Shown piece by piece: positions 50,697 through 61,358 of a DNA stretch of 64,000 nt (position 1 is the first letter of the stretch; every line of letters starts with the position of its first letter). Below the pieces are notes generated by a model. That model was not told the origin of the DNA. It ran no database searches and was given only the letters and a program-made list of their open reading frames with translations. Origin of the DNA: an uncultured Spirochaetota bacterium (GTDB lineage Bacteria; Spirochaetota; Brevinematia; Brevinematales; JAOACQ01); contig CAWIGG010000003.1 in NCBI GenBank assembly GCA_963835575.1, positions 256,001-320,000 on the forward strand. Reading direction: 5' to 3'. Position numbers and translations under genes: made by a program.

Positions 50697-52371
50697 TTGC
50701 CTGTCGGTTATTTCATTTTCGGAGTCAAACCAGCCCCTTACAATAAGCGGGCAAATAAAAATTTTGTCAGCTTAGCTGATTTTAATAATAAATTTCGAAT
50801 AATCGATACTCAGACTATACAAAATCCTCTCTATTTTCTCAAATATTGGGCATATTTCATAAAATTATGCGCAAGGGATACCCAGCATAGCTCCAAATTC
50901 ACTTTCCGTTGACCTCTGTAAACTGTCTGAACATAACCCTTCTGTGTTTTGATGTTTGAAAATACGTGTTCTTTACCTATCCTGCGGTTGTATATCTTTT
51001 GCCCTTCTTCGCTGTAAAGTTTTGTTAAATAAGCATCAATCTTAGACCGATTATTCAATTCAAACTCACTGAAAATTACTGTCTTTTGCTGTGTTTTCGG
51101 TTTGATGTTTTTATAACACTCACTGAAAAATGGACATCTTTCACAGCCCTTCCGTGAATACAAAAATGTATATCTTTGGTTATTTCGATCTAAATACCCA
51201 TTTTCCTTACGGCCGCCCCGGCATCCCAGGATATATTCGTCATCAATCTTTTCCAGTTTAAAGTCTCTTCGCTTCTGTGATTTATCACTGAAATCCCGCT
51301 CTTTCGTATCCACATAAAGGTCTTTTCCTTCCTCCACCATCCGGATTGTCTCTTCCATGTCCTGAAAACCCGAATCAAAAAGGTATTTGCTAGCCTTATC
51401 AACTTTTAATTCCGCTTTTTTCTGTTCCACCCTCTTTACCATTTCTTCCGTATGCTGTTTTTCCGGTGTTGTGATTGCTTCAAAATCTATAATCACATCA
51501 TTATTACTGACCATCATCGCCGAATTATATCCCTGTATAAACACACTATGCGGATTTCCAGACATCAGCTTGCTTTCGGGATCAGTCAGGTTGGTGAATT
51601 CTTCGTCTGTCTTTTCCCCTCTCTCTACCTGTTTTTTGTATTCATCGATTTGGTTCAAAACACTATCGTAAATCTTTTTCCGCCTTGATACCCGCTTCTT
51701 CTCCGCTTCGTAATAAGGCTGCTCCAGCTTGCCTTCCCGGTAAGATTCTTCCAGTTCCAGGTCTTGTTTCACAATCTTTTCCGCCATCTTCTGGTAAGTG
51801 TCCATCAGCTTCCGGGTATGTTTCTTTCCCACATTCTTATTCTTACTCGCGTAGGCCTTGATCTTTGTGCCGTCACCCACTACCATGTCCCAATCTATAG
51901 ACCCCATTTCGTTGAGTATATATAAAAGCTGGCTGAACAACTCCTCGATCTTTTCCTGAAAAAGTACCTTGAACTCGCAAATTACCGAATGGTCAATTTT
52001 CAGCCGGTTTGAAACATACATAAACCCAATGTGTTTTTTCAGCAAATCTTCTATCTTTCGGCTGATACGATTTCCCGTAATGTAACCGTAGAGTACCGCA
52101 CAGATCACATCCCGAGGATTTTTAATCTCTCTGCCTCTATGGTCGTTCTTATAGTAAGCCGCGAAATCCTCCAGTTTAATACGGTTTTTGATGAATTCTT
52201 TTAGTATAAATTCTCTGGAATTCTCATCAAACTGCTCGCCTATATTGATCGCGAGGAACTCACCCTGCTCCAGGCTGTTCTTTTCAAATCTTGCCATCTT
52301 TTTCTCCCGTTTTATTTTAACGGGAACCCTGCCGTATGTCCATGAAGCATGTTATAAAAACCGACAGGCAA
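50697..52371 (-). mobile_element. IS1182-family element, 1675 bp, 4-bp TSD TATC
   Basis: IRs TTGCCTGTCGGTT / AACCGACAGGCAA; TATC at 50693-50696 and 52372-52375. Confidence 0.92.
50831..52297 (-). CDS. IS1182-family transposase
   Basis: DGTKIKA.AS, NLTDPES, GYN, DSG, C..CP, EHVF..IK. Confidence 0.9.
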   Translation of the reverse strand: MARFEKNSLEQGEFLAINIGEQFDENSREFILKEFIKNRIKLEDFAAYYKNDHRGREIKNPRDVICAVLYGYITGNRISRKIEDLLKKHIGFMYVSNRLKIDHSVICEFKVLFQEKIEELFSQLLYILNEMGSIDWDMVVGDGTKIKAYASKNKNVGKKHTRKLMDTYQKMAEKIVKQDLELEESYREGKLEQPYYEAEKKRVSRRKKIYDSVLNQIDEYKKQVERGEKTDEEFTNLTDPESKLMSGNPHSVFIQGYNSAMMVSNNDVIIDFEAITTPEKQHTEEMVKRVEQKKAELKVDKASKYLFDSGFQDMEETIRMVEEGKDLYVDTKERDFSDKSQKRRDFKLEKIDDEYILGCRGGRKENGYLDRNNQRYTFLYSRKGCERCPFFSECYKNIKPKTQQKTVIFSEFELNNRSKIDAYLTKLYSEEGQKIYNRRIGKEHVFSNIKTQKGYVQTVYRGQRKVNLELCWVSLAHNFMKYAQYLRK

Positions 52372-53909
52372 TATCGGCAAAAGAATGCCTGAGGTCGCTG
52401 TCAAGCCCCGCGATAATGCTTTTAATGCCGAGGTAGTAGGAATGCATGCCGGCTTCAAAAAGCTTTTTTTCCAGATATTTAGCTACCTCCCGTTTACCGG
52501 CGCCCCTTTCGCCGGTTATGAGCACAAATTTGGACTTATGTGAATTTTTTATTTCCCTCTCCGCGGTTTTGATAAAACTGAAATCCCAGACCCTTTCCCT
52601 GTCTTTAATATATTCCTCTATGAAAAGAGAGCCGTCTGTTCTGCTTTTTATTATTACTCCGGCGCCGCATATTTCATAATTATCGATGATAACGAACCGG
52701 CCGGTGGACTCTATAGCCTGCGCCGTATCGAAGGCGAACGGTTTATCCGCTTCAAGGACGCATTCCGATACGTCATATCTGTCTATATGGTCTTTATTCT
52801 CAAGCTCCGTCAGTTCGGATGAGTCAATGATATTAATTATTTCTCTCAATTGAACAAGGATTTTGGCCGTTCCGATTTTAGCGATATATTTTTTCCCCCT
52901 GACGAGAGGAATATTTCCCATCCAGAAGAGGGTGGCCTCTATTTTTCTGCCGACCTGCGGGTAATTCTTCTCTGCTTTCCCGGCCATAATTTCTCCGGGC
53001 TTGATATATAAGTCGTCTTCCAGAGTAAATCCGCAGCTTACGCCTTCTTGAATGGTTCCAGCCGGGTTGAACTCGATCGTTTTGATCCTGGATTTTTTGT
53101 TCGAGGGGAAAAAAACAACTTCATCTCCTTCGGAAATGCCGCCGCAGGCTACCTGCCCGGCAATGATGCGCCGTGTATCCTCCCCGTCCGTAAATTTATA
53201 AACATCCTGGACGGGAAACCGGAAAGGCTTTTTTTCCTCTTTTGCCTGCTCCTTAAAACCGTCTATTTGTTCAATGACCGTCGGGCCGCTGAACCACCCG
53301 AGATTTGCGGAACGGACAGCGATATTTTCTCCATACCGGGCGCAGACCGGGATGAAACTTTCAGCCTTCAGCCCGATCTTTTCAAGGAATCCGCCGTATT
53401 CCTTTACAACGTCCTGGAAACTCTCCCTGCTGTAAGCGGTCAGGTCCATCTTATTGACCAATACGGCGATTTGCTTGATCCCCAGGAGGGATATGAGATA
53501 GCCATGCCTTTTTGAGTTTTCCTGAATGCCTTCCTGTACATCAATCACAATCAGCGCGGCTGAGGCTTTAGCCGCACCCGTGATCATATTTTTCAGAAAT
53601 TCCATATGACCCGGAGCATCGATGATGAGATAGTCCCGCTTCCCTGTTTTAAAGAAAACACGGCAGGTATCGATGGTAATCCCCTGCGATTGTTCTTCCT
53701 TGAGCGAATCAAGCAGAAAGGCATATTCAAAATTTTTCGCGTTCTTCTCGCAATAAGCCCGGATGTTTTCGAGTTTTCCTTCCGGCAGGGAATGCGTATC
53801 CGCCAATAGTCTTCCTATTATACTGCTTTTACCATGATCGACATGCCCTGTAATGACGATATTAAACTGTTCTTTATTATTCAAGCTGTGCTCCTAATCT
53901 CAGTCTGTA

Positions 53910-54797
53910 TTACATATAGCCGTCGCGGCGGAGAGTCTCGAGAGTGCCGCCATCCTCTTTGTCCTGCTCTCTTCCCGAACGCTCAGCGACATTTGACAGC
54001 CGTCCGCTCTTCAATTCATCTATGACTGCCTCAATGGTTGAAGCTTCCGAATCAATCGGCTTTGTACAGGGATAGCAGCCGAGAGAACGGTAGCGTTTTC
54101 CATTTCCCTGATTCAGATACAATTTAATAAAAGGAATATTATCCCGCTTTATATATTCCCAGACATCAAGCTCAGTCCAGTCCAGGAGCGGATGGATCCG
54201 GATATGGCTTCCCGGCGGAAAATCAGTATTATAATAATGCCAGAGCTCCGGCGGCTGATCTCCGATATTCCACACGCTTGCTTCCGACCTGGGGGAGAAA
54301 TATCTCTCTTTCGAACGGCTCCCCTCCTCATCGGCCCTGATGCCTACTATCACACCCTGGAAAGGGTCTTTCCGCAGGTCCGGTTCATATTTTCCCGTAT
54401 TCAGGTTCATTTTGTACCGGGGCCATTCCCCGGAGAGAGTGTGCCTGAGGGCCTCGCTTTTCAAACTTTTACAGCATGCTATCCTGTCCGCATTTCCATC
54501 CGGGAATGTCAGCTTTTCCTCCAGCGCTTTTTTATTCTCGCCATAGATCATCTCAAGCCGCCATTCGCGGGCAAGCCGGTCCCGGAAGGCGATCATTTCC
54601 GGGATTTTATAATGGGTGTCGATATGAACAAGGGGGAAGGGAATATGACCGAAAAAAGCCTTCCTTGCCAGGTAAAGCATGACCGTGCTGTCTTTGCCGA
54701 TCGACCAGAGCATGCAGAGGTTTTTATTTTTAAATTCCCGGTACGCTTCCCTGAGGATATAAATACTTTCCGATTCCAGTTTTTCCATCCTGTCCAT
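53910..54797 (-). CDS. cysD: Sulfate adenylyltransferase subunit 2
   Basis: WSIGKDS, RSKER, YRSLGC. Confidence 0.95.
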   Translation of the reverse strand: MDRMEKLESESIYILREAYREFKNKNLCMLWSIGKDSTVMLYLARKAFFGHIPFPLVHIDTHYKIPEMIAFRDRLAREWRLEMIYGENKKALEEKLTFPDGNADRIACCKSLKSEALRHTLSGEWPRYKMNLNTGKYEPDLRKDPFQGVIVGIRADEEGSRSKERYFSPRSEASVWNIGDQPPELWHYYNTDFPPGSHIRIHPLLDWTELDVWEYIKRDNIPFIKLYLNQGNGKRYRSLGCYPCTKPIDSEASTIEAVIDELKSGRLSNVAERSGREQDKEDGGTLETLRRDGYM

Positions 54798-54818
54798 TGT
54801 CCGCTCCTCTTCTTTTGT

Positions 54819-55514
54819 TTAACTTTTCCCGACATGCAGCCCGCATTCCTTCTTTTCAGGGCTTTCCCACCACCAGCGTCCGCTCCTTTCGTCGTCTCCC
54901 TCTCCGGTCGCCCGCGTGCAGGGCAGGCAGCCGATGCTGGCAAAGCCCTTATCAAAGAGCTTATTGTACGGGATTTGATTCTCCTTTATATAATTCCAGA
55001 CATCCCTGGACAACCAGTCGGATAATGGATTGATTTTTATGATATTGAATTGCTCATCCCACTCAAGCGGCAGAACTTCCGCGCGTGTCATAGACTGGCC
55101 CCTCCTGAGTCCGCAAATCCAGGCATCGACAGTGGACAGCGCTCTCTTAAGAGGCCGGATCTTCCGTACCTCACAGCAGAGTTTTCGCAGTTTAAGGTTT
55201 TTGTAAAAAAGATTGGGGCCGTTTTTCCGTTCGAGTTCTTCAACATCCCGGGATTCCGGGAATAAAACTTCATAGCAGAAGCCGTATTTCTCCATTGTTT
55301 CCTGCATCGTATCGTAAGTTTCCTGAAACACCCGCCCTGTATCCAGCGTCAGTATGCGCGCTTTCCTTTCTTTTAAAAGAAGCATATGCGTCAGAACCTG
55401 GTCTTCATTACTGAGGCTCGAAGCGAGAATGACATGCGGCGGCCCGAATGTATCAAGTGTCCAGTCAATCAATTCCCGGGTTTTCAAACTTCCGGTTTGT
55501 TTCTGATATTCCAT
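54819..55514 (-). CDS. cysH: APS/PAPS reductase (Fe-S, APS-reductase type)
   Basis: LDTG, CCEVRK, SIGCLPCT, ERSGRW, ECGLH; exact start uncertain. Confidence 0.93.
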   Translation of the reverse strand: MEYQKQTGSLKTRELIDWTLDTFGPPHVILASSLSNEDQVLTHMLLLKERKARILTLDTGRVFQETYDTMQETMEKYGFCYEVLFPESRDVEELERKNGPNLFYKNLKLRKLCCEVRKIRPLKRALSTVDAWICGLRRGQSMTRAEVLPLEWDEQFNIIKINPLSDWLSRDVWNYIKENQIPYNKLFDKGFASIGCLPCTRATGEGDDERSGRWWWESPEKKECGLHVGKS

Positions 55515-55656
55515 TAATTTTTCTTTCAAGAAGCGCCTGCCCAATTCCTAAATAACATAAGAATTCCTCCTGTGTTTATTCCTGCAGTTCAGCAGCTAAT
55601 CTTCCCGTTCTGCGAGGTATCATACTATTTTCAAAGCTTACCAATCCGCTTTTTGG

Positions 55657-56676
55657 TTATTGCCAGACTGTTTCGAATTTATATTCGAGTTCCAGCTTGA
55701 TATTGATCTCCCCGGATGGCCGGCTGTAGCCGAACAGCGGCTTTATTGCCAGATCCTTGCCTGGTTTGATATTAGCGCCTACATATTCCCCCCGGACATT
55801 GCTGACGGAATCCGGGGAAGCATAGTCATAACGGATATACGGCGTAAATGCCCCATCAAAAAGCTTATAACCCAAGGTAAATGAAGCGACATAACCTGAA
55901 ACGGCCGCATTATCAAGCGTAGAAACTAATCCTATATACTGAAGCAGGAAATCAACAGGTATTACCAGTGCATCAAAAGCCGGGTCGCTAGCCTTTATTC
56001 CCACAGCCCAGGACACTTCACGCTTTAAAGTGGAGCTGTTATAATCCTGGTAGCGGAAAGTACCGCCGATAGACAGCCCTTTGAAGAGCAATATATACAA
56101 GCTCACCTGTTCAGCGTAATTATCCGCTTTGGTATTTGTTCCGCTGAATATATTTTCAGATCCCTCGCCGTTTAACACCTGGATATAATAGTTGATAAAT
56201 CCCTGTTTGTTATCCCCGGAACTGAAAAGCTTACCGGACAGGGCCAGTCCAAAATCAGCCGATTTGGTCGGCGATATATTGGAGTATGTTTCTTCAGCAG
56301 ATTTTACCGGTATCGGGTAGTTCCATTCGGAGAGATACCCGAAATAGGATTTTAATAATCCTCCCGATAGCACCGCTTCATTCAGAAGCACCCAATCGAA
56401 ATAGGCAAATTTTAAAGGCGTGGCCGGTTTTGAAAAGTCGGCAGTAAAACATCCCCTGATCGTATTCCCAAACCAGTCCTTTCCCTCGCCTGTCAATGTC
56501 AGGTACAGCCTGCCGATATAAAATGCTCCGCCCTTATCTATATTGCCGTTCGCCGAATTTGTATCAGCGGTTACTTCATTATCCAGCCAGCCTAAAGTTT
56601 CCAGGCGGGTTTCAGCCCAGGCTGATACGCTTGATAAAAACAGTAAAAGCATTACAAATTTTATATGATGCTTCAT
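55657..56676 (-). CDS. Putative outer-membrane porin-like protein
   Basis: Signal peptide, amphipathic beta pattern, location in the sulfate operon. Confidence 0.6.
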   Translation of the reverse strand: MKHHIKFVMLLLFLSSVSAWAETRLETLGWLDNEVTADTNSANGNIDKGGAFYIGRLYLTLTGEGKDWFGNTIRGCFTADFSKPATPLKFAYFDWVLLNEAVLSGGLLKSYFGYLSEWNYPIPVKSAEETYSNISPTKSADFGLALSGKLFSSGDNKQGFINYYIQVLNGEGSENIFSGTNTKADNYAEQVSLYILLFKGLSIGGTFRYQDYNSSTLKREVSWAVGIKASDPAFDALVIPVDFLLQYIGLVSTLDNAAVSGYVASFTLGYKLFDGAFTPYIRYDYASPDSVSNVRGEYVGANIKPGKDLAIKPLFGYSRPSGEINIKLELEYKFETVWQ

Positions 56677-56714
56677 AAAGCAACTCCTTTTAAATAAAAT
56701 TTTCATTTTTATAT

Positions 56715-56957
56715 TTATATGTTGAAATCGTCCTGTGGAACATTTTTTTTCCCAAAAGATATCTTGTTCCATAATTGTTCATGAAAGTAATATAAAAATA
56801 TTTTAGAAACAAGTTCCACCAATCCTATTGAGAGGGCCCATTTCAATTTGCCTGTAATAATAAAAGCCCAAAGTACCGTATCCAGCGTGCCGGTAATTCT
56901 CCAGCTGATCGCTTTAACCAGGCTTCTGGTATGGTTTTCGATTATTTTTTGCTTCAT
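56715..56957 (-). CDS. DUF2061-domain small membrane protein
   Basis: RSLVKAISWRI..YYFHE.LW. Confidence 0.88.
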   Translation of the reverse strand: MKQKIIENHTRSLVKAISWRITGTLDTVLWAFIITGKLKWALSIGLVELVSKIFLYYFHEQLWNKISFGKKNVPQDDFNI

Positions 56958-56967
56958 TAACCTGCCC

Positions 56968-59355
56968 CTATTTTTTTATTATGACACTCCAGAAGCCTTC
57001 AATCCTTTCCTGTTTAAGTATCGTATGGCCTTCCGAGATGACCGAACCCGGAACATTATTGATGGGTTCTCCGTCAGAGAGCCAGATTTCCAGCACTTCG
57101 CCCTTATTCATTTTCGAAAGCTCCATCTTTGTTTTCACAAAATTCATCGGGCATGCGACTCCCCGTAAGTCCTTGAAATATTTTGCCTGGGCCCGTCCAT
57201 CCGTAAGCCCTGGCCTGAGAGTTTTTTTTACTCCGGGCTGCGCCTCCATCAGGGAGGATTTTTTAAAAGATAGGGAATCGTCCATATTCCGGTAAAGCTC
57301 CATCACATCCCGCGCGAGGGATAATATACTTTCTTCCCGATCGGTTAAAAAAACGTCTCTTTTACCGGCTGCCGCCTCTTCAATTAAGCGGCTGTAATCC
57401 GCTGCCTTATCCGGACTGAAAAACCCGGACTCAATAAAATATTTTTTAAAGCCGAGAAAAACCGTCCTGTCATCGCCGGCCTCGATGCCTTGAGTTATCA
57501 GGAGCATTCTGGCAGAATGAAAAAGGATGCTGTAAAATGCTTTTTCCTTTTCAGAAGGCGAATCCCCTGCGGATGTTAAAAATATTTTACCTTTTTCGAT
57601 TTCATTGAAGTCCCTTTCAATAAAATCGAGTAAGCCGGCATAGCACTCTCCCGCACCCCGTCCGGCGAGCGAGAACACCTCTTCCGAGTCCCAGTCGAAA
57701 TAATAATTTTTGTTCTCGGCAAATGTGGGAGGAGAGGAAAATTTACTGTCCAGCAAATGGGAAATATACCGCCGGCCATGTTTTTCAATATATTCACTGA
57801 AATCCGAATATTCCCCGTACCGGCCGATAAAATTTTCCATTATCTTCATGATCAATTCCGGAACGTCCCTCGCGCTTATTTCGCCTATCTTTTCACTGAA
57901 CCGTGTTTTTCCATCACTGCCGGCCGCTCCCGAGGTGATGACATAAGCGGGGTAAAGCCTTTCGCCGCTGCGGGCCGCGAAGCCGTAAAGTCCGATGTCT
58001 CCCAGAAGATGCGCCCCGCATGAATTCGGACAGCCTGATATATGGAGCGTCACCTTTTTTGCTTTGTCCATGTCCAGCCTGCTTTTTTTGAGTTTTCTCA
58101 TTATCTCTCCGGCCGCACCCCGCGATAGGCAAATCCCCAGCCGGCATGTTGAAGCCCCCGCACAGGAAATAATATTCCCGTAAAAAGGCGGGAAAGAAAC
58201 CTCATCGAAAAGTTCCCTGAGAAAACCGTAAAATGTTGATAGATATTCCTCGGGAATATTCCTCAGGTGAATATTCTGATCGAGGGTAAACCGGATCACA
58301 TTATCGCCGAAATCCTTTAAGAAAGCCGATAACTTCAGGGTTTTTTCATAAGTCAAAACACCCAAAATAACCGGAACGGTAATAGAAAACAATCCTTCCT
58401 GTTTCTGAATCCGGACATACCGCTTTTTCCAGAGTTCATAGGATTGGATATCCTCCAATCCTTTTTTCAGGATTCCAGGATGGCAGCCGGTATTCTTTAT
58501 TTCAGCTATATCCAGCGGTATAAAACCCTGCTTTTTAATTTTGTCGAATTCTTGAGTAAAAAGCCTGTTGAACTCTCCTTCGCCCATGCGGTCATACAAA
58601 AAACGCAGCCGCGCAGTGTTGCGGTTCTTCCTATTGCCATGTTTATTGAAGATGCTTTTAACGGCTACGGCAGCCGCATATACCTCGTTTTCAGGAATAA
58701 AATCCAGCAGGAGCCTGCCCAATGAAGATTTGGCCCCCATCCCGCCGGCAGCATAAACACGGAATCCTTTTAAGCCATTCTCTATCCGCGCAATAAATCC
58801 AAGGTCATTTACGGAGGCGGAGGCGGTATCCTGACCGGAATTTGAAAAAGCGATTTTAAATTTCCGGGGCAATGCCCAGGAATCGCCTTCCGATATAAAA
58901 CGGCTCGTGAGAGCGACGGCATAGGGCGAGACATCGAATATCTCTTCCCTGCTGATTCCCGAGTCGGCAGAAGCGGTAATATTACGGACAGTATTGCCCC
59001 CTCCGCCCCTGGTTGTCAGGCCGATTTCTTTTAATTCTTTGATAACGCCTGCAATATGTTCCAGCTTTATATTATGGATCTGTATTTCCTGGCGTGTGGT
59101 AATATGAAGCAGTCCGCTGCCGTATTCCGATGAAAGTTTTGCTATCTTTTCAAGTTGAGAAGGCGAAATGATGCCGGCGGCACAGCGCACTCTGATCATG
59201 AAGATATTATCTTCCCTTTGCTCATAAACCCCGAACGGCACCCGGTGTGTTTTGAGCAGAATCTTATCAATTTCATCGCGCTGATATTTTTCTATCAAAA
59301 TCTTAAATTCCTGAAGCTCTTTCCCAAGATTATCCGGCAGCCGATAACTAATCAT
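56968..59355 (-). CDS. sir: Ferredoxin-sulfite reductase with C-terminal TusA-like domain
   Basis: TTRQEIQ, LPRKFK, CAGASTC, SGCPNSC; DLRGVACPMNFVK; start ATG 59355. Confidence 0.9.
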   Translation of the reverse strand: MISYRLPDNLGKELQEFKILIEKYQRDEIDKILLKTHRVPFGVYEQREDNIFMIRVRCAAGIISPSQLEKIAKLSSEYGSGLLHITTRQEIQIHNIKLEHIAGVIKELKEIGLTTRGGGGNTVRNITASADSGISREEIFDVSPYAVALTSRFISEGDSWALPRKFKIAFSNSGQDTASASVNDLGFIARIENGLKGFRVYAAGGMGAKSSLGRLLLDFIPENEVYAAAVAVKSIFNKHGNRKNRNTARLRFLYDRMGEGEFNRLFTQEFDKIKKQGFIPLDIAEIKNTGCHPGILKKGLEDIQSYELWKKRYVRIQKQEGLFSITVPVILGVLTYEKTLKLSAFLKDFGDNVIRFTLDQNIHLRNIPEEYLSTFYGFLRELFDEVSFPPFYGNIISCAGASTCRLGICLSRGAAGEIMRKLKKSRLDMDKAKKVTLHISGCPNSCGAHLLGDIGLYGFAARSGERLYPAYVITSGAAGSDGKTRFSEKIGEISARDVPELIMKIMENFIGRYGEYSDFSEYIEKHGRRYISHLLDSKFSSPPTFAENKNYYFDWDSEEVFSLAGRGAGECYAGLLDFIERDFNEIEKGKIFLTSAGDSPSEKEKAFYSILFHSARMLLITQGIEAGDDRTVFLGFKKYFIESGFFSPDKAADYSRLIEEAAAGKRDVFLTDREESILSLARDVMELYRNMDDSLSFKKSSLMEAQPGVKKTLRPGLTDGRAQAKYFKDLRGVACPMNFVKTKMELSKMNKGEVLEIWLSDGEPINNVPGSVISEGHTILKQERIEGFWSVIIKK

Positions 59356-59749
59356 TAAGCACCTCCAGTTTCTCCTTGAAAACTTCCCCACCGCGTATTT
59401 TGTAGGAATTCACGGCAGGCCGGCCGCCGGCCAGGGAAATAATAACATGGCTTACATCCGGATCATAAGCTATCCGGATATCCTCCTGCGAAGGCCATGC
59501 GGGCGAAGCCGGGTGGCTGTGATAAACAGCGATGAGTTTTTCGCCTTTTTCCCTCGCTTTTTTCAGAACGGCGAACTGCTCTTTCGGGTCTAAACTGAAA
59601 TGTTCCGGGCTGTTATCAATATTGGTCATCGGATAAAAGTTTGTTGCAAGATCACACATTCCGCTCAGGTAGCCGCAAGCCTCTATAGGGGCTTCCCTCT
59701 GCGCATGGCCGATGATCGCATCTAGTATTTTTTTCTTTATCCACATCAT
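59348..59749 (-). CDS. JAMM/MPN+ metalloprotease (HcyD-like)
   Basis: PIEACG and YHSHP...PSQED. Confidence 0.92.
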   Translation of the reverse strand: MMWIKKKILDAIIGHAQREAPIEACGYLSGMCDLATNFYPMTNIDNSPEHFSLDPKEQFAVLKKAREKGEKLIAVYHSHPASPAWPSQEDIRIAYDPDVSHVIISLAGGRPAVNSYKIRGGEVFKEKLEVLND

Positions 59750-59970
59750 TTCTCTATTACCACCCTGTATCTGTTTTCCCGGACAGGATCGATCCCGATT
59801 ATTTTAAAGCCCTGCTCTGCGCATGCCTTGGGTACGTTATCGAGAGGTTCGCCTTCGGTCAGGAGAACTTCCAATAGATCTCCCTTCTCCATTTTTGACA
59901 ACTGCAGTTTTGTTTTGACAAAAGTCATCGGGCAGTGTTCCTTAACGATATCCAGAGTATAAACCTTCAT
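59746..59970 (-). CDS. TusA/SirA-family sulfurtransferase
   Basis: LD...HCPMTFVK. Confidence 0.9.
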   Translation of the reverse strand: MKVYTLDIVKEHCPMTFVKTKLQLSKMEKGDLLEVLLTEGEPLDNVPKACAEQGFKIIGIDPVRENRYRVVIEK

Positions 59971-60014
59971 AAACTGATTACCTCTCTTTCAGGCTATTTA
60001 TTATAAATTTACAG

Positions 60015-60497
60015 CTATATAAACAGGGTTTGCCCGCCGGATGAAATATCCAGAAACTTGGCCACCCCCAATACTTTCCTTACTTCCGGTATAAAATCCT
60101 CTTTTACGAGCCCCAGGATGACCATCGACATCTCGCAGGCGTAAAAGTTCACACCCAGGGTTTTGGACGCCTCTATCAACTCGGTTAATGTCGCGACATT
60201 TCTCTTTTTCATCATCGATATCATCAAAACAGGGCTCAATCCTCCGAAGTTCAGGCGGCTGAGCGGCAGATTCCCGAATCCTCCCATAAGAAAACCAAAA
60301 AACCTTGCCAGGAAGCCCTTTCCAAGAAAACTCCGGCCCTTTTTTCTTTTTATCGCGTTCAGCCCCCAGAAGGTAAAAAATAAATTAACCTCATAATTTA
60401 CCGCCGCCGCTCCGCTTGCCAGCGTAAACACGGCTATAAGTTTATCAAAATCTCCGCTAAAGCTGATGATAGAGAGCTTTTTTTTCGGATCTGTCAT
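60015..60497 (-). CDS. DsrE/DsrF/DrsH-like sulfur relay protein
   Basis: FFTFWGL and YACEMSM. Confidence 0.88.
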   Translation of the reverse strand: MTDPKKKLSIISFSGDFDKLIAVFTLASGAAAVNYEVNLFFTFWGLNAIKRKKGRSFLGKGFLARFFGFLMGGFGNLPLSRLNFGGLSPVLMISMMKKRNVATLTELIEASKTLGVNFYACEMSMVILGLVKEDFIPEVRKVLGVAKFLDISSGGQTLFI

Positions 60498-60509
60498 ATT
60501 AATCTCCTT

Positions 60510-61325
60510 TTACTTCTTTAAATCGCAGGCAGCCTGTTCTTCGTCATGGAGTTGTGCGATGGCCGGTTTTAATCCGCAGACCGGACATTCCGGATTTTTC
60601 TTTAATTTTACTTTCCTGAAATCCATAGTTTTGGCATTCAAAATCAGAAGCTGATTATAAAGGATTTCCCCGATTCCCAGGATATACTTTAGGGCTTCCG
60701 TCGCCTGTATGGTGCCCAGAATTCCGGCTACGGCCCCTAATACTCCCGCCTGTGAACATGTCGGAACGGCATTCAAAGGAGGCGGGGATGTAAAAACACA
60801 GCGGTAGCATGCCGTCTCACGCGGCTTTACAGTCATTGTCTGGCCTTCAAACCGGAGGATGCCTCCGTGCGAAAAAGGCTTGTTTTCAAAGACACAGGCG
60901 TCATTGATCAGGAATTTTGAAGCGAAATTATCGGTTCCGTCAATAATAAAATCATATTCCCGGATAATACCCCTGATATTCGAGGCTTCCAAATGCTCCG
61001 CATAAGTATTAATTCCAATACCGGGGTTCAATGCATGCATTTTGTTTTTTGCGGACTCGACTTTCAATTTACCGACATCACCGGTAAAATGTATAATCTG
61101 CCTTTGAAGATTGGACAGGTCAACCCTGTCGTAATCGGCTATGCCGATGGTACCGACGCCGGCAGCGGAAAGATAGAGTGCGGCAGGCGCCCCCAGCCCG
61201 CCGGCGCCTATGATCAGGACTTTACTGTTCAGGATCTTTTCCTGGCCTTCAATACCGACGTCTTTCAATAATATATGCCTAGAATACCTTTCCAGCTGTT
61301 CATCATTAAAATCCATTTCTTTCAC
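60510..61325 (-). CDS. ThiF/MoeB-family adenylyltransferase (HcyF-like E1)
   Basis: RYSRH, GAGGLG, SNLQRQ, CYRC, CPVC. Confidence 0.93.
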   Translation of the reverse strand: MKEMDFNDEQLERYSRHILLKDVGIEGQEKILNSKVLIIGAGGLGAPAALYLSAAGVGTIGIADYDRVDLSNLQRQIIHFTGDVGKLKVESAKNKMHALNPGIGINTYAEHLEASNIRGIIREYDFIIDGTDNFASKFLINDACVFENKPFSHGGILRFEGQTMTVKPRETACYRCVFTSPPPLNAVPTCSQAGVLGAVAGILGTIQATEALKYILGIGEILYNQLLILNAKTMDFRKVKLKKNPECPVCGLKPAIAQLHDEEQAACDLKK

Positions 61326-61358
61326 TCCTCATAAAGTGATATTGTAAAATTACCCTGT

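Larger units (their letters stand above)
50412..53884 (-). pseudogene. cysN: Sulfate adenylyltransferase subunit 1 fused to an APS-kinase-like domain, interrupted by IS1182
   Basis: [32 protein letters not shown] rejoins in frame; the first about 505 aa remain translatable. Confidence 0.9.

Noticed and set aside
54192..55025. 277-aa plus-strand ORF and similar short antisense ORFs
   Set aside because: Antisense to well-supported genes such as cysD and cysH, with no motifs
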